NCBI GenBank assembly: GCA_038065035.1
Contig: JBBTRV010000004.1
Location: forward strand, 51,798-115,797
DNA from: Patescibacteria group bacterium
GTDB taxonomy: Bacteria; Patescibacteriota; Minisyncoccia; UBA6257; UBA9933
DNA: 64,000 bases
Reading direction: 5' to 3'
In this document: positions 39,873-48,860 of the stretch, piece by piece
How positions within the stretch are numbered: position 1 is the first letter of the stretch
How the letters are laid out: every line of letters starts with the position of its first letter
The notes under the pieces: generated by a model
What the model saw: only the letters and a program-made list of their open reading frames with translations
Database searches by the model: none
Told to the model about the DNA's origin: nothing
Position numbers and translations under genes: made by a program

Positions 39873-40733
39873 ATGGAAATTTTAAGCGAAAAAAAGACGA
39901 AGTTTTTGGAAATGATGGCAAACCAATTGCGCCAAGATGTTGTTGAAGTGCTTCTAGGAGCCGGCTCCGGCCACTCTGCTTCGCCTTTGGGCACAGCTGA
40001 TATTTTCTCGGCTTTTTATTTCCATATTTTAAATCATAATCCGAAAAAGCCGAATTGGCCGGACAGAGACAGATTTATTTTATCCTGCGGCCATTATTGT
40101 CCTGTTCAATACGTAGCAATGTCAGCCGCCGGCTATTTCCCATCAGAAGAATTGAAAACTTTAAGGAAGATAAATACTCGCTTACAAGGGCATCCGCATC
40201 GTATTGCTTTGCCGGGTATTGAAGCGACCAGCGGACCATTAGGTGACGGCTTGCCGCAGGCGGTTGGCATGGCTTTGGCCGCCAGAATGGACAAGAAGAA
40301 ACACAGGATTTATTGCTTAATGTCTGACGGCGAACATAACGCCGGCATTGTCTGGGAAGCGCTCATGTTCGCGGGAAAAAACAAATTAAGCAATTTAACG
40401 GTAATCTTGGACCGCAATAATATCCAGATAGACGGCTTTACCGAAGAAGTGATGCCCTTGGAATCATTAAGGGAAAAATACGAATCTTTTAACTGGCATG
40501 TTTTAGACATTGACGGCCATAATATTGAGGCGATTGTTGACGCGGCTAATGAAGCTAAGGCGATATATGAAAAGCCGACCGCGATTATCTGCCATACGAT
40601 TCCGGGTAAGGGCGTAAGCTTTATGGAAAGGGATTTTGTCTGGCACGGCATTCCGCCTAATAAAGAACAGGCAAAAAAAGCCTTGCACGAGCTACGAACG
40701 CTTGGAGGAAAAATCAAATCTGAACATGAATAA
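39873..40733 (+). CDS. Transketolase, N-terminal subunit
   Basis: GSGH, DRFILSCGH, LQGHP, SGPLG, SDGEH. Confidence 0.95.
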   Translation: MEILSEKKTKFLEMMANQLRQDVVEVLLGAGSGHSASPLGTADIFSAFYFHILNHNPKKPNWPDRDRFILSCGHYCPVQYVAMSAAGYFPSEELKTLRKINTRLQGHPHRIALPGIEATSGPLGDGLPQAVGMALAARMDKKKHRIYCLMSDGEHNAGIVWEALMFAGKNKLSNLTVILDRNNIQIDGFTEEVMPLESLREKYESFNWHVLDIDGHNIEAIVDAANEAKAIYEKPTAIICHTIPGKGVSFMERDFVWHGIPPNKEQAKKALHELRTLGGKIKSEHE

Positions 40734-41094
40734 ATATCCATTAATAAGAAAAATTTATCTTTATCTTTTTGCCTTAATCGGTTTAGTTTTAATTACGATT
40801 GGTTGCGTAAGATTGGTTGGTTTAGCTTTAAAAACATATGTTTTTACCAAAGCTGATGTTTATTATGAATATCCAATGGCAAGGCCTGTAAAAATCGCGC
40901 CAGTTGAAGGAAGTAAAACAGAAGAATTTCAACAGCCCGCCAAAGAAGAAATTGAAGAATATCAGCAAAAACAAAAAACCGCCAATCGCCAAAGAGAAGC
41001 CGCTGAATCCTTGGCGTTTATTATTGTCGGCTTGCCATTGTATTTATATCATTGGCAGTTGATTAAAAAGGACAAAAAAGAAGAACATGAATAA
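40726..41094 (+). CDS. Two-TM membrane protein (DUF5671-like)
   Basis: IRKIYLYLFALIGL..IVGLPLYLYHW; ATG 40726. Confidence 0.7.
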   Translation: MNKYPLIRKIYLYLFALIGLVLITIGCVRLVGLALKTYVFTKADVYYEYPMARPVKIAPVEGSKTEEFQQPAKEEIEEYQQKQKTANRQREAAESLAFIIVGLPLYLYHWQLIKKDKKEEHE

Positions 41095-41305
41095 ATCATT
41101 TAAAGCTAAAAATTTAAAAATAAAATCAGCGCAAGATTTACAGGATAAAGGTTTTAGTAAAATGTCGGCAGACAAGAAAATACGACTAACATTTTCATTA
41201 AATAGATTAGTGAGACGAATTGCGGAGGATAGTATTAAAGAGCAATATCCACAAGCCGATGACAAGTTTATTAAAGAAAAATTACGTGAAAGAGCGCGCC
41301 AATAA
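41087..41305 (+). CDS. Small protein partnered with nucleotidyltransferase (putative TA component)
   Basis: 72 aa, directly upstream of NTase. Confidence 0.55.
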   Translation: MNKSFKAKNLKIKSAQDLQDKGFSKMSADKKIRLTFSLNRLVRRIAEDSIKEQYPQADDKFIKEKLRERARQ

Positions 41306-41307
41306 AA

Positions 41308-41865
41308 ATGTTTGAAGAAGAGGTATTCAAAAAAGTTATCAATTTATTGAGTAAATATAATATTCCCTATATGCTTACAGGCGGCTTAGCTGTGACGGTT
41401 TGGGGAAGAGCGCGCTCCACATTAGATATTGATATTGTTCTTGATATAAAAAAAGACGATATTAAAAGATTAGCAAATGCGTTTCAGAAAGATTTTCATA
41501 TTGATGAAGAAACAATAGAAATGGCGTTAGATAAAAAGATCTCTTTTAACGCTATAGATCGCGAAACCAATACAACAATTGATTGTTATTTGGTTGGAAA
41601 CAATAAATATGAGGCAGGGCGATTTCAAAGAAAGATTATCAGAAACATGCTCGGGATAAAAGTTAATGTTATTAGTCCCGAGGATTTAATTTTAATAAAA
41701 CTGCAATGGTATAAAAACAGCGGTTCGACGCGACATTTGGAAGACGCGGAATCAATTTTGAAAATCACCGAAGTTGATTTAGAATATATAAAGGATTGGG
41801 CGGAGCAACAAACAACAAAAGAAATTTTAGAAAATTTATTGAAAAAAATTAAAAATGTTAAATAA
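41308..41865 (+). CDS. Nucleotidyltransferase (DUF6036/AbiEii-like)
   Basis: YMLTGGLA..GR.RST.DIDI, SPEDLILIKL, RHLED. Confidence 0.75.
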   Translation: MFEEEVFKKVINLLSKYNIPYMLTGGLAVTVWGRARSTLDIDIVLDIKKDDIKRLANAFQKDFHIDEETIEMALDKKISFNAIDRETNTTIDCYLVGNNKYEAGRFQRKIIRNMLGIKVNVISPEDLILIKLQWYKNSGSTRHLEDAESILKITEVDLEYIKDWAEQQTTKEILENLLKKIKNVK

Positions 41866-42868
41866 TAATCTAAAACTTTCCGAAAAAATTTTCACCGAGG
41901 AAATTGAGCAAAAGCCCACGCGGGACGGCTATGGTTTAGGGTTAGTTGAATTAGGCGAAAAAAATAAAAACGTGGTTGTTTTGTGTGCGGATTTGAGCGA
42001 ATCAACACGTTCCCAATGGTTTAAAGATAAATTCCCAGAAAGATTTATTGAAATGGGAGTGGCAGAGCAGAATATGGCGGCAATGGCTGCTGGTCTCGCT
42101 GTTTCCGGAAAAATTCCTTTTATATCTTCTTACGCTGTTTTTTCTCCGGGCCGAAATTGGGAGCAAATCAGAACTACGGCTTGTTATAATAATGCCAATG
42201 TGAAAATTGCCGGAGCGCATGCCGGTGTTTCAGTTGGTCCGGACGGCGCCACTCATCAGGCGATTGAAGATATTGCCACAATGAGGGTAATTCCCAATAT
42301 GAAAGTGATTGTTCCGATAGATGCTTTTGAGGCGAAAAAAGCGACAATTGCCGCGGGGCATATTCACGGGCCGGTTTATTTGAGATTTGCCCGGGAAAAA
42401 ACACCGGTAATTACAACCGAAAGCACGTCATTTGTTCCGGGGAAAGCTTACGAAATATGGGACCCTTCGATGAATTCAGGGCGAGGAGGGAAAAAGCTGG
42501 ATTGCGCGATTATCGGCGTTGGGCCGTTGCTTTATAACGCTTTATTAGCTGCTAAAGAATTGGAAGAAAAAGGGATTTCAACAATAGTTTTAAATAGCCA
42601 CACAGTTAAGCCGATTGATGAGAAAAAAATAATTGAAGTTGCCAAAAAATGCGGCGCAGTGGTGACAGTCGAGGAGCACAATGTTATCGGCGGATTAGGG
42701 GGGGCGGTGGCGGAAGTTTTGGCGAAAAATTATCCTGTGCCGATTGAGTTTGTCGGTATGCAGGATGTTTTCGGCGAAAGCGGCCAGCCGAATGAATTGC
42801 TGGAAAAATACGGCATGGGGGTGAAAGATATCATTAAAACAGTTAAGAGAGTTATTAAAAGAAAGTAG
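41855..42868 (+). CDS. Transketolase, C-terminal subunit
   Basis: GVAEQNM, GPDGATHQ, PVYLR, VEEH..GGLG. Confidence 0.95.
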   Translation: MLNNNLKLSEKIFTEEIEQKPTRDGYGLGLVELGEKNKNVVVLCADLSESTRSQWFKDKFPERFIEMGVAEQNMAAMAAGLAVSGKIPFISSYAVFSPGRNWEQIRTTACYNNANVKIAGAHAGVSVGPDGATHQAIEDIATMRVIPNMKVIVPIDAFEAKKATIAAGHIHGPVYLRFAREKTPVITTESTSFVPGKAYEIWDPSMNSGRGGKKLDCAIIGVGPLLYNALLAAKELEEKGISTIVLNSHTVKPIDEKKIIEVAKKCGAVVTVEEHNVIGGLGGAVAEVLAKNYPVPIEFVGMQDVFGESGQPNELLEKYGMGVKDIIKTVKRVIKRK

Positions 42869-42873
42869 CGGGC

Positions 42874-42982
42874 AATTTTAAATTTTGAAATATGAATTTT
42901 GAATCAGTTTTGAATGATTAAATTTTTTAAAATTAAATAATTATAAATTTAATTAAAATTGAAAATTAGAAATTAAAAATTT
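42874..42982. repeat. AT-rich inverted heptamer-repeat element
   Basis: AATTTTG/A units then AAAATTG/A units. Confidence 0.5.
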
Positions 42983-44044
42983 ATGTACGATGTTATTACA
43001 ATCGGGACAGCGACCCGCGATATTTTTTTAACCAGTCCGTTTTTTAAAGTAGTAAGCGATGAAGCGCATCTGAAAAAAATCGGTTTTCCGACCGGCGAAG
43101 CGCAATGTTTCGCCTTGGGCGGTAAAATTGAAATTGATAAGCCGATTTTCATCACCGGCGGCGGCGCCACTAATGCGGCTGTTACTTTTGCAAGGCAAGG
43201 CTTGAAAGCCGCCGCGTTAATTAAAGTCGGTAAAGATTCTGCGGGAGAGGAGATTATTAACGAACTTAAAAAAGAAAAAATTTCTGTTTTGACCCTATAC
43301 CCTATACCCTATACCCTAAATCCTAATAACAACGGCACAGCTTATTCAACTATTCTTTTAGCTCCTAATGGCGAAAGAACAATTTTAGTTTATCGCGGCG
43401 CTTCGGAAAGTTTGTCAATCAATGAAATTTCTTTTGATAAATTCAATTCCAAATGGGCATATATTGTGCCGGGCAAAATTTCTTATGACGTTATCAAAGA
43501 AATTATTGATTATTTGCATCAGCAAAAAATTTTAATCGCTTTTAATCCTTCAAAGTATTTTATTGAATTAGGCCTTGAAAAATTGAAGCCGATTTTGGAA
43601 AAAACCAAAGCGGTTATTTTGAATCGCGAAGAAGCGGCTTATTTAACTGATATTGATTATGATAAAGAAAAAGCGATTTTTAAGAAATTAGACGCGATAG
43701 TGGCCGGCATTGCGGTGATGACTGACGGCCCGAACGGCGTTTCAGTGTCAGACGGTTTTAATATTTACAGAGCCGGCACTTTTGGCGAAAAGAAATTAGT
43801 TGACCGCACCGGCTCGGGCGACGCTTTCGGTTCGGGATTTGTCGCTGGCTTAATACACGAGCAAGAAACTTGCGAAAAAGGACTGTGCAAGGTTAATAAT
43901 ATTGAATATGCCGTCCGCTTAGGTTCTGCTAATGCCACTTCTGTGATAGAATATATTGGCGCTAAAAAAGGAATCTTGACCAAAGAAGAATTTGAAATAT
44001 CGGAAAGATGGAGAAATTTAAAAATAGATATAATAAGAAATTAA
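42983..44044 (+). CDS. PfkB/ribokinase family sugar kinase
   Basis: GGGATNAA, NREEA, DRTGSGDAF. Confidence 0.9.
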   Translation: MYDVITIGTATRDIFLTSPFFKVVSDEAHLKKIGFPTGEAQCFALGGKIEIDKPIFITGGGATNAAVTFARQGLKAAALIKVGKDSAGEEIINELKKEKISVLTLYPIPYTLNPNNNGTAYSTILLAPNGERTILVYRGASESLSINEISFDKFNSKWAYIVPGKISYDVIKEIIDYLHQQKILIAFNPSKYFIELGLEKLKPILEKTKAVILNREEAAYLTDIDYDKEKAIFKKLDAIVAGIAVMTDGPNGVSVSDGFNIYRAGTFGEKKLVDRTGSGDAFGSGFVAGLIHEQETCEKGLCKVNNIEYAVRLGSANATSVIEYIGAKKGILTKEEFEISERWRNLKIDIIRN

Positions 44045-44045
44045 C

Positions 44046-45308
44046 ATGCAATCCTACGAAAAAATAGCGAGAATATTGCGCACCGATAAGGATAATATAA
44101 GAAATATTGAAGAAAGACTAGGCGTTTTGACAGGTAAAAAAGGCGTAATGGATAAAATAGCTGAAGATAATGAGCAAATGATAGATAATCGACTTGATGC
44201 AATGGGATTAAACAGACAATCTGCCGCTAAGGAAGTGTATGACACCTTGATTAAGCGCATTGAAGCTGATAATTATTTGCTTTTTGAGGCATTAAGCCGG
44301 CCGATTATAACGGAAATGGCCAGTTCTAATCATGTTCTTGGGGTGGCTAAAGAAATTGCCAAATGCCCGAAAGGATTTTTCATCAAAAAAGAAAAAGCGG
44401 TTGAACTTTTAGAAAGTCAGCCGCCTAAAACCATTATTGAAGCGTTGGGATACAAGGATGTGAAAGAATTAATCAATAAGGAAGATATTTTCGGCATTTA
44501 TAGCGCGCTTCGTTTTTTGGAAGACAAAGATTGGCTCAACAATATTTTTTTCAAGCAATATGAAAATTTAACGCCGGATGATTTTGAAGAAAGGGAAATA
44601 ATCGTTAAAACCTTAGATTATAAATGGGCCTCGGCGGCGCAATCATTTGTTAAAAAGAAACATCATAATATTTCTCATCTTAAAGAAATGGGGGTAGTTT
44701 TCGTTATTCCGGTTACTCTGGGAATTTCAGGGGAATTATTAAGAACGTTTGCTTTAGTTCTTCATTATCTTAATGAAGTTCCTTTTTATTCCAGTCTTTT
44801 CAAAATGTTTGCTGAATCAGACAGGGATAATTTTTCCAATAATTTAATTTCTCTTCTTCGCGGCGATGTTTTTGATGGGCAACTGTCTCCGTCGACAACC
44901 GATAAATCGCAATGGCTGGTAATCCAAAGATATTTGGCAAAAGACGATGAAAACGATTGGCGTTTATTCTTCCCTCATATTAATCCAGAGGCGCTTCACT
45001 GGGAAAGAATGGAAAGAATGCTCGCTCAAACGACCGACATATTAGACGGATTCGCGGTGAATCTCGCTTTTTGGCAGAATTTAAACTGGGTGGGAGACTA
45101 CTTTAAAAGCGATACTGGGATTGATATTTTAGTGAGTTTTAATTTGGTAGATACCGTAATGTCACTGGTAAAAGAAAAAGAAATGGTAAAATATCTTTAT
45201 CATCATGAAGAATCGCTTTGGAATAAGATTTTCATTGAATATTTCGGGGTAGAAAAATTAGAAGAATACGCGAAGAAAAATATCATCAAAGGGTGGTTTG
45301 AACTTTAA
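44046..45308 (+). CDS. Hypothetical soluble protein in sugar-phosphate operon
   Basis: 420-aa ORF tightly coupled between the pfkB-like gene and fba; no recognised motif. Confidence 0.75.
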   Translation: MQSYEKIARILRTDKDNIRNIEERLGVLTGKKGVMDKIAEDNEQMIDNRLDAMGLNRQSAAKEVYDTLIKRIEADNYLLFEALSRPIITEMASSNHVLGVAKEIAKCPKGFFIKKEKAVELLESQPPKTIIEALGYKDVKELINKEDIFGIYSALRFLEDKDWLNNIFFKQYENLTPDDFEEREIIVKTLDYKWASAAQSFVKKKHHNISHLKEMGVVFVIPVTLGISGELLRTFALVLHYLNEVPFYSSLFKMFAESDRDNFSNNLISLLRGDVFDGQLSPSTTDKSQWLVIQRYLAKDDENDWRLFFPHINPEALHWERMERMLAQTTDILDGFAVNLAFWQNLNWVGDYFKSDTGIDILVSFNLVDTVMSLVKEKEMVKYLYHHEESLWNKIFIEYFGVEKLEEYAKKNIIKGWFEL

Positions 45309-45313
45309 TTAAC

Positions 45314-46186
45314 ATGAAAACATTAAGAGAAATAATTCAAAACGCCGAAGAAAATAAAATCGCCATTGGGCATTTTAATATTTCAGATTGCATCGGTTTA
45401 AAAGCTATTTTTAAAGCGGCTCAAGAATTGAATTTGCCTATAATAATCGGCGTTTCCGAAGGCGAGCGGGAATTTATCGGAACCAAAAGAGCCGCGGATA
45501 TGATTAGAAGCATCCGTGAAGAGTTTGGCTATCAGATTTTTTTAAACGCCGACCATACTCATTCTTTTGAAAAAATAAAAGAAGCGGTTGATGCCGGTTT
45601 TGACGCGGTGCTTTTTGACGGCGGGAAATTGCCGTTGGAAGAAAATATAAAACAGGCGAAACAAGTGGTGGAATACGCCAAAAGTGTTAATCCGGATATT
45701 TTAGTTGAAGGCGAGCTTGGTTATATCGGCGGCAGTTCAACGATTTTAAAAGAAGTGCCGAAAGACGCCGATATTGCTCCGGAAAATCTGACAAAGACGG
45801 AAGACGCCGAGCGGTTTATTAAAGAAACAAGAATTGATTTGCTTGCGCCGGCAGTCGGCAATATCCACGGCATGTTTAAAAACGCGCCTAATCCGCACAT
45901 TGATATTCAAAGAATTACGGCGCTTAGGCAGGCGGCAGGCGTGCCGATTGTGCTTCACGGCGGTTCAGGTATTCGCGATGAGGAATTTACGCAAGCAATT
46001 AATGCCGGCATTTCTATTATTCATATAAATACTGAAATTCGCGTGGCTTGGCGAAAAGGCATGGAACAAGGCTTAAGCGAGAAGCCGGAAGAAGTTGTCC
46101 CTTATAAAATAGCTCCGGCAGCAATTGAAGAAATAAAAAAAGTTGTGTTAAACAGGTTGAAATTATTCAGCAAGATGAATGTATAA
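45314..46186 (+). CDS. fba: Class II fructose-bisphosphate aldolase
   Basis: NADH, VEGELG, GNIHG, VLHGGSG, INTE. Confidence 0.95.
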   Translation: MKTLREIIQNAEENKIAIGHFNISDCIGLKAIFKAAQELNLPIIIGVSEGEREFIGTKRAADMIRSIREEFGYQIFLNADHTHSFEKIKEAVDAGFDAVLFDGGKLPLEENIKQAKQVVEYAKSVNPDILVEGELGYIGGSSTILKEVPKDADIAPENLTKTEDAERFIKETRIDLLAPAVGNIHGMFKNAPNPHIDIQRITALRQAAGVPIVLHGGSGIRDEEFTQAINAGISIIHINTEIRVAWRKGMEQGLSEKPEEVVPYKIAPAAIEEIKKVVLNRLKLFSKMNV

Positions 46187-46799
46187 ATATATAATCGGCA
46201 TTGACGAAGTTGGGCGGGGAGCACTAGCGGGTCCGGTTGTTGTCGCGGCGGTAGCTGCGACAACAAAATTCAGAATTCAATCCGCCAGACGACAGACAAA
46301 ATTAAAAATTCCCTTAAGAGATTCAAAAAAACTTTCTGCGAATCAACGTGAAGTCTGGTTTGCCTTTATAAAAAAACAAAAAATTCCTTACGCGATTGCT
46401 AGAGTTTCTCCGAAGATTATAGATAAAATTAATATTTCTAATACCGCCAATCTGGCGGCTACTAGCGCCTTATGGGCGCTAATTAAGAATTACAAATTAA
46501 GAATTAAGAATTGTCGAGTTTATTTGGACGGTGGATTGTATATAAATTCAAAATTCAAAAATAAAAATTTAAAAAATATAAAAACCCAAACTATTATTCG
46601 CGGAGACGAAAAAATACCGGCGATATCTTTGGCGTCAATTATCGCCAAAGTAAGCCGCGACAGATATATGAAAAATCTTCATAAAAAATACCCGCGCTAC
46701 GATTTTATTCATAATGTCGGCTATGGCACGAAAAAACACGTAAGGGCTATTAAGAAGCGCGGCTTATCTCCTATTCACCGCAGAACTTTTAAAATTTAA
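46179..46799 (+). CDS. rnhB: Ribonuclease HII
   Basis: GIDEVGRGALAGPV, DSKKL, LDG, ASIIAKVSRD, GYGT..H. Confidence 0.95.
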   Translation: MYKYIIGIDEVGRGALAGPVVVAAVAATTKFRIQSARRQTKLKIPLRDSKKLSANQREVWFAFIKKQKIPYAIARVSPKIIDKINISNTANLAATSALWALIKNYKLRIKNCRVYLDGGLYINSKFKNKNLKNIKTQTIIRGDEKIPAISLASIIAKVSRDRYMKNLHKKYPRYDFIHNVGYGTKKHVRAIKKRGLSPIHRRTFKI

Positions 46800-46914
46800 C
46801 TCACATTCACCAAACCATTGCTTTTTTTATAAAACTTTTATATTCTTCGGGTAAGAACATTGAGAAGTTAATAAGGAAGATAAACTAAACAATAAACAGT
46901 AAAGGAGGATAGAA

Positions 46915-47811
46915 ATGATTTATAGGCCTTATTCAGAAAGGATACCAGATGCGCAATATCAGAATGTTTTAAGAGAGATTCTTGAAAATGGGATTGAGGG
47001 AGAGAGCCAGCAGGAAGTTGATTGTATAACAAAAATGGTACCAACTCCGATGCATTTCAGGTTTGAAAATGGTTTTCCAATAATCACCGAACGTGATATT
47101 GGTGGATTTTGGAGACAATCTGTCGGAGAGATATTTGCTTTTATTAATGGGGCGAGAACTTTAAAACAGCTTGAGGAATATGGCTGTTATTGGTGGAAAT
47201 CATGGGGTACACCGGAAAAATGCGCAAAACGTGGACTTGAGCCGGGAGATCTTGGCCCGGGTTCGTACGGCGCGGCATTTCATGATTTTCCAACAGCAGA
47301 AGGAAAACCATTTAATCAGGTTCAGCATGTAATTGAGCAAATTAAAGAATTACCGCATTTGAGGACTCACTTTATATCGCCATGGATTCCGCAATATATT
47401 GGTCGTGGCAAAGGCAAACAGCAAAAAGTAGTTGTCGCTCCTTGTCATGGCTGGATGCAGATTCGCATTTTAGGCAATAAACTTACTTTGGTTATGATTC
47501 AGCGTTCGGCTGATGTTCCCGTTGGTGTTCCGGCGAATATGGTTCAGTACGCGGCTTTAACTCTCGCATTTGCTCTTATAACTGGTTATGAACCGTACGA
47601 ATATATACACGTACTCATTGACGCCCATATTTACGAAAACCAGATTTCTTATGTGAAAGAGATATTAAAGAGAGAGCCGCGAAAATTTCCAACACTTGAA
47701 ATTCGTCCAGATATCAATTTTAAAGATATATTTGAATTTCATAGCGGAAACTTTGTTCTATCTGACTATGATCCTTATCCTGCAATTAAAGGTATTCCGG
47801 TAGCAATATGA
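46915..47811 (+). CDS. thyA: Thymidylate synthase
   Basis: APCH catalytic Cys, QRSAD..G.P.N (dUMP-specifying Asn), DAHIY; SD AAGGAGG. Confidence 0.9.
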   Translation: MIYRPYSERIPDAQYQNVLREILENGIEGESQQEVDCITKMVPTPMHFRFENGFPIITERDIGGFWRQSVGEIFAFINGARTLKQLEEYGCYWWKSWGTPEKCAKRGLEPGDLGPGSYGAAFHDFPTAEGKPFNQVQHVIEQIKELPHLRTHFISPWIPQYIGRGKGKQQKVVVAPCHGWMQIRILGNKLTLVMIQRSADVPVGVPANMVQYAALTLAFALITGYEPYEYIHVLIDAHIYENQISYVKEILKREPRKFPTLEIRPDINFKDIFEFHSGNFVLSDYDPYPAIKGIPVAI

Positions 47812-47830
47812 AATAAAGGAGGTGAAATAT

Positions 47831-48796
47831 ATGAAAGAACTTTCCATAGTCGTTGCTATAAATCAGAATGGTGTGATTGGTTGCAAAGGTGAAATTCCCT
47901 GGTATCTTCCGTCTGACTTAAAACGTTTTGCTGATTTAACTAGCGGTCATCCGGTAATTATGGGTAGAAAAACTTACGAATCTGTCATTGAAAGGTTAGG
48001 ACATCCCTTAAAAAACAGAACAAATATAATTCTCACAAATAATGGGGATTTCAAGATCGCAGAAAGTTGCAAAATAGTTTCTTCTTTTGAAGAAGCCATA
48101 GAAGTTGCTGAAAAAGAAGTTGGTTCCGAGGAAATTTTTATTATAGGCGGAGCTGAAATTTATAAATTAGCGTTGCCGCGATCCACCAAAATGTATATTA
48201 CTAAGGTGAACTCTGAATGTGATGGGGATGTTTTCTTTCCTGATTATAACAGGAAGGAATGGAAATTAGTATTTGCTAAAAATCTTGTCTATGATAAAGA
48301 TACTTTTAAATCAACTTTCCTTATCTATAAGAGAAAAAAAGAAACATTTCTTAATTTTGCTCATGCAAGAGATACTCAACAGGAATCTCTTATGGAAAAA
48401 ATAAAAAAAGACGGAGTTTGTCCTTTTTGCAGGGAGAATCTTGAGAAGTATCATCCTCGGCCGATTATCAAAGAAGGCGAATGGTGGGTTGTCACTGCGA
48501 ACATGTTTCCTTATGAAGGAACAAGTATTCACCTCCTTTTCATCTACAAAAACCATGCTGTGACGATTCGTGAGGTTGAATCTAATGAAGCTAAGATTGA
48601 GCTTTGGGATTTGATTTCATGGGCAACGACACAATACAAGATTGATGGTGGAGCCTTTTTTGTTCGGTTTGGAGATACTGAACGAACAGGCGGAAGCGTT
48701 AATCATCTTCACGCTCAGTTAATTGTCGGTGAGGCAGAAAGGTCTGGAAATGCAGAGTCTCTAAAAGTAAAATTGGGATATAAAAGGAAAAAATAA
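47831..48796 (+). CDS. folA: Dihydrofolate reductase fused to HIT-superfamily (HxHxQ) domain
   Basis: IG..G.IPW..PSDL, IMGRKT, IIGGAEIY, GDVFFP; then CPFC, NMFPY, HLHAQ. Confidence 0.85.
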   Translation: MKELSIVVAINQNGVIGCKGEIPWYLPSDLKRFADLTSGHPVIMGRKTYESVIERLGHPLKNRTNIILTNNGDFKIAESCKIVSSFEEAIEVAEKEVGSEEIFIIGGAEIYKLALPRSTKMYITKVNSECDGDVFFPDYNRKEWKLVFAKNLVYDKDTFKSTFLIYKRKKETFLNFAHARDTQQESLMEKIKKDGVCPFCRENLEKYHPRPIIKEGEWWVVTANMFPYEGTSIHLLFIYKNHAVTIREVESNEAKIELWDLISWATTQYKIDGGAFFVRFGDTERTGGSVNHLHAQLIVGEAERSGNAESLKVKLGYKRKK

Positions 48797-48812
48797 ATAT
48801 ATCCAAAAAATA

Positions 48813-48846
48813 AAGCCCTTCACGACTAAAAAATCGTGAAGGGCTT
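48813..48846. terminator. Bidirectional terminator
   Basis: AAGCCCTTCACGA-8 nt-TCGTGAAGGGCTT between convergent operons. Confidence 0.8.
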
Positions 48847-48860
48847 CTTTAATTTTGAGC

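Noticed and set aside
43292-43326. Telomere-like ACCCTA(A/T) repeat implying eukaryotic contamination
   Set aside because: Embedded in frame in a bacterial kinase within a continuous operon.
46915-47811. dCMP hydroxymethylase for DNA hypermodification
   Set aside because: The specificity residue is Asn (P.N), typical of dUMP-using ThyA, and DHFR is adjacent.
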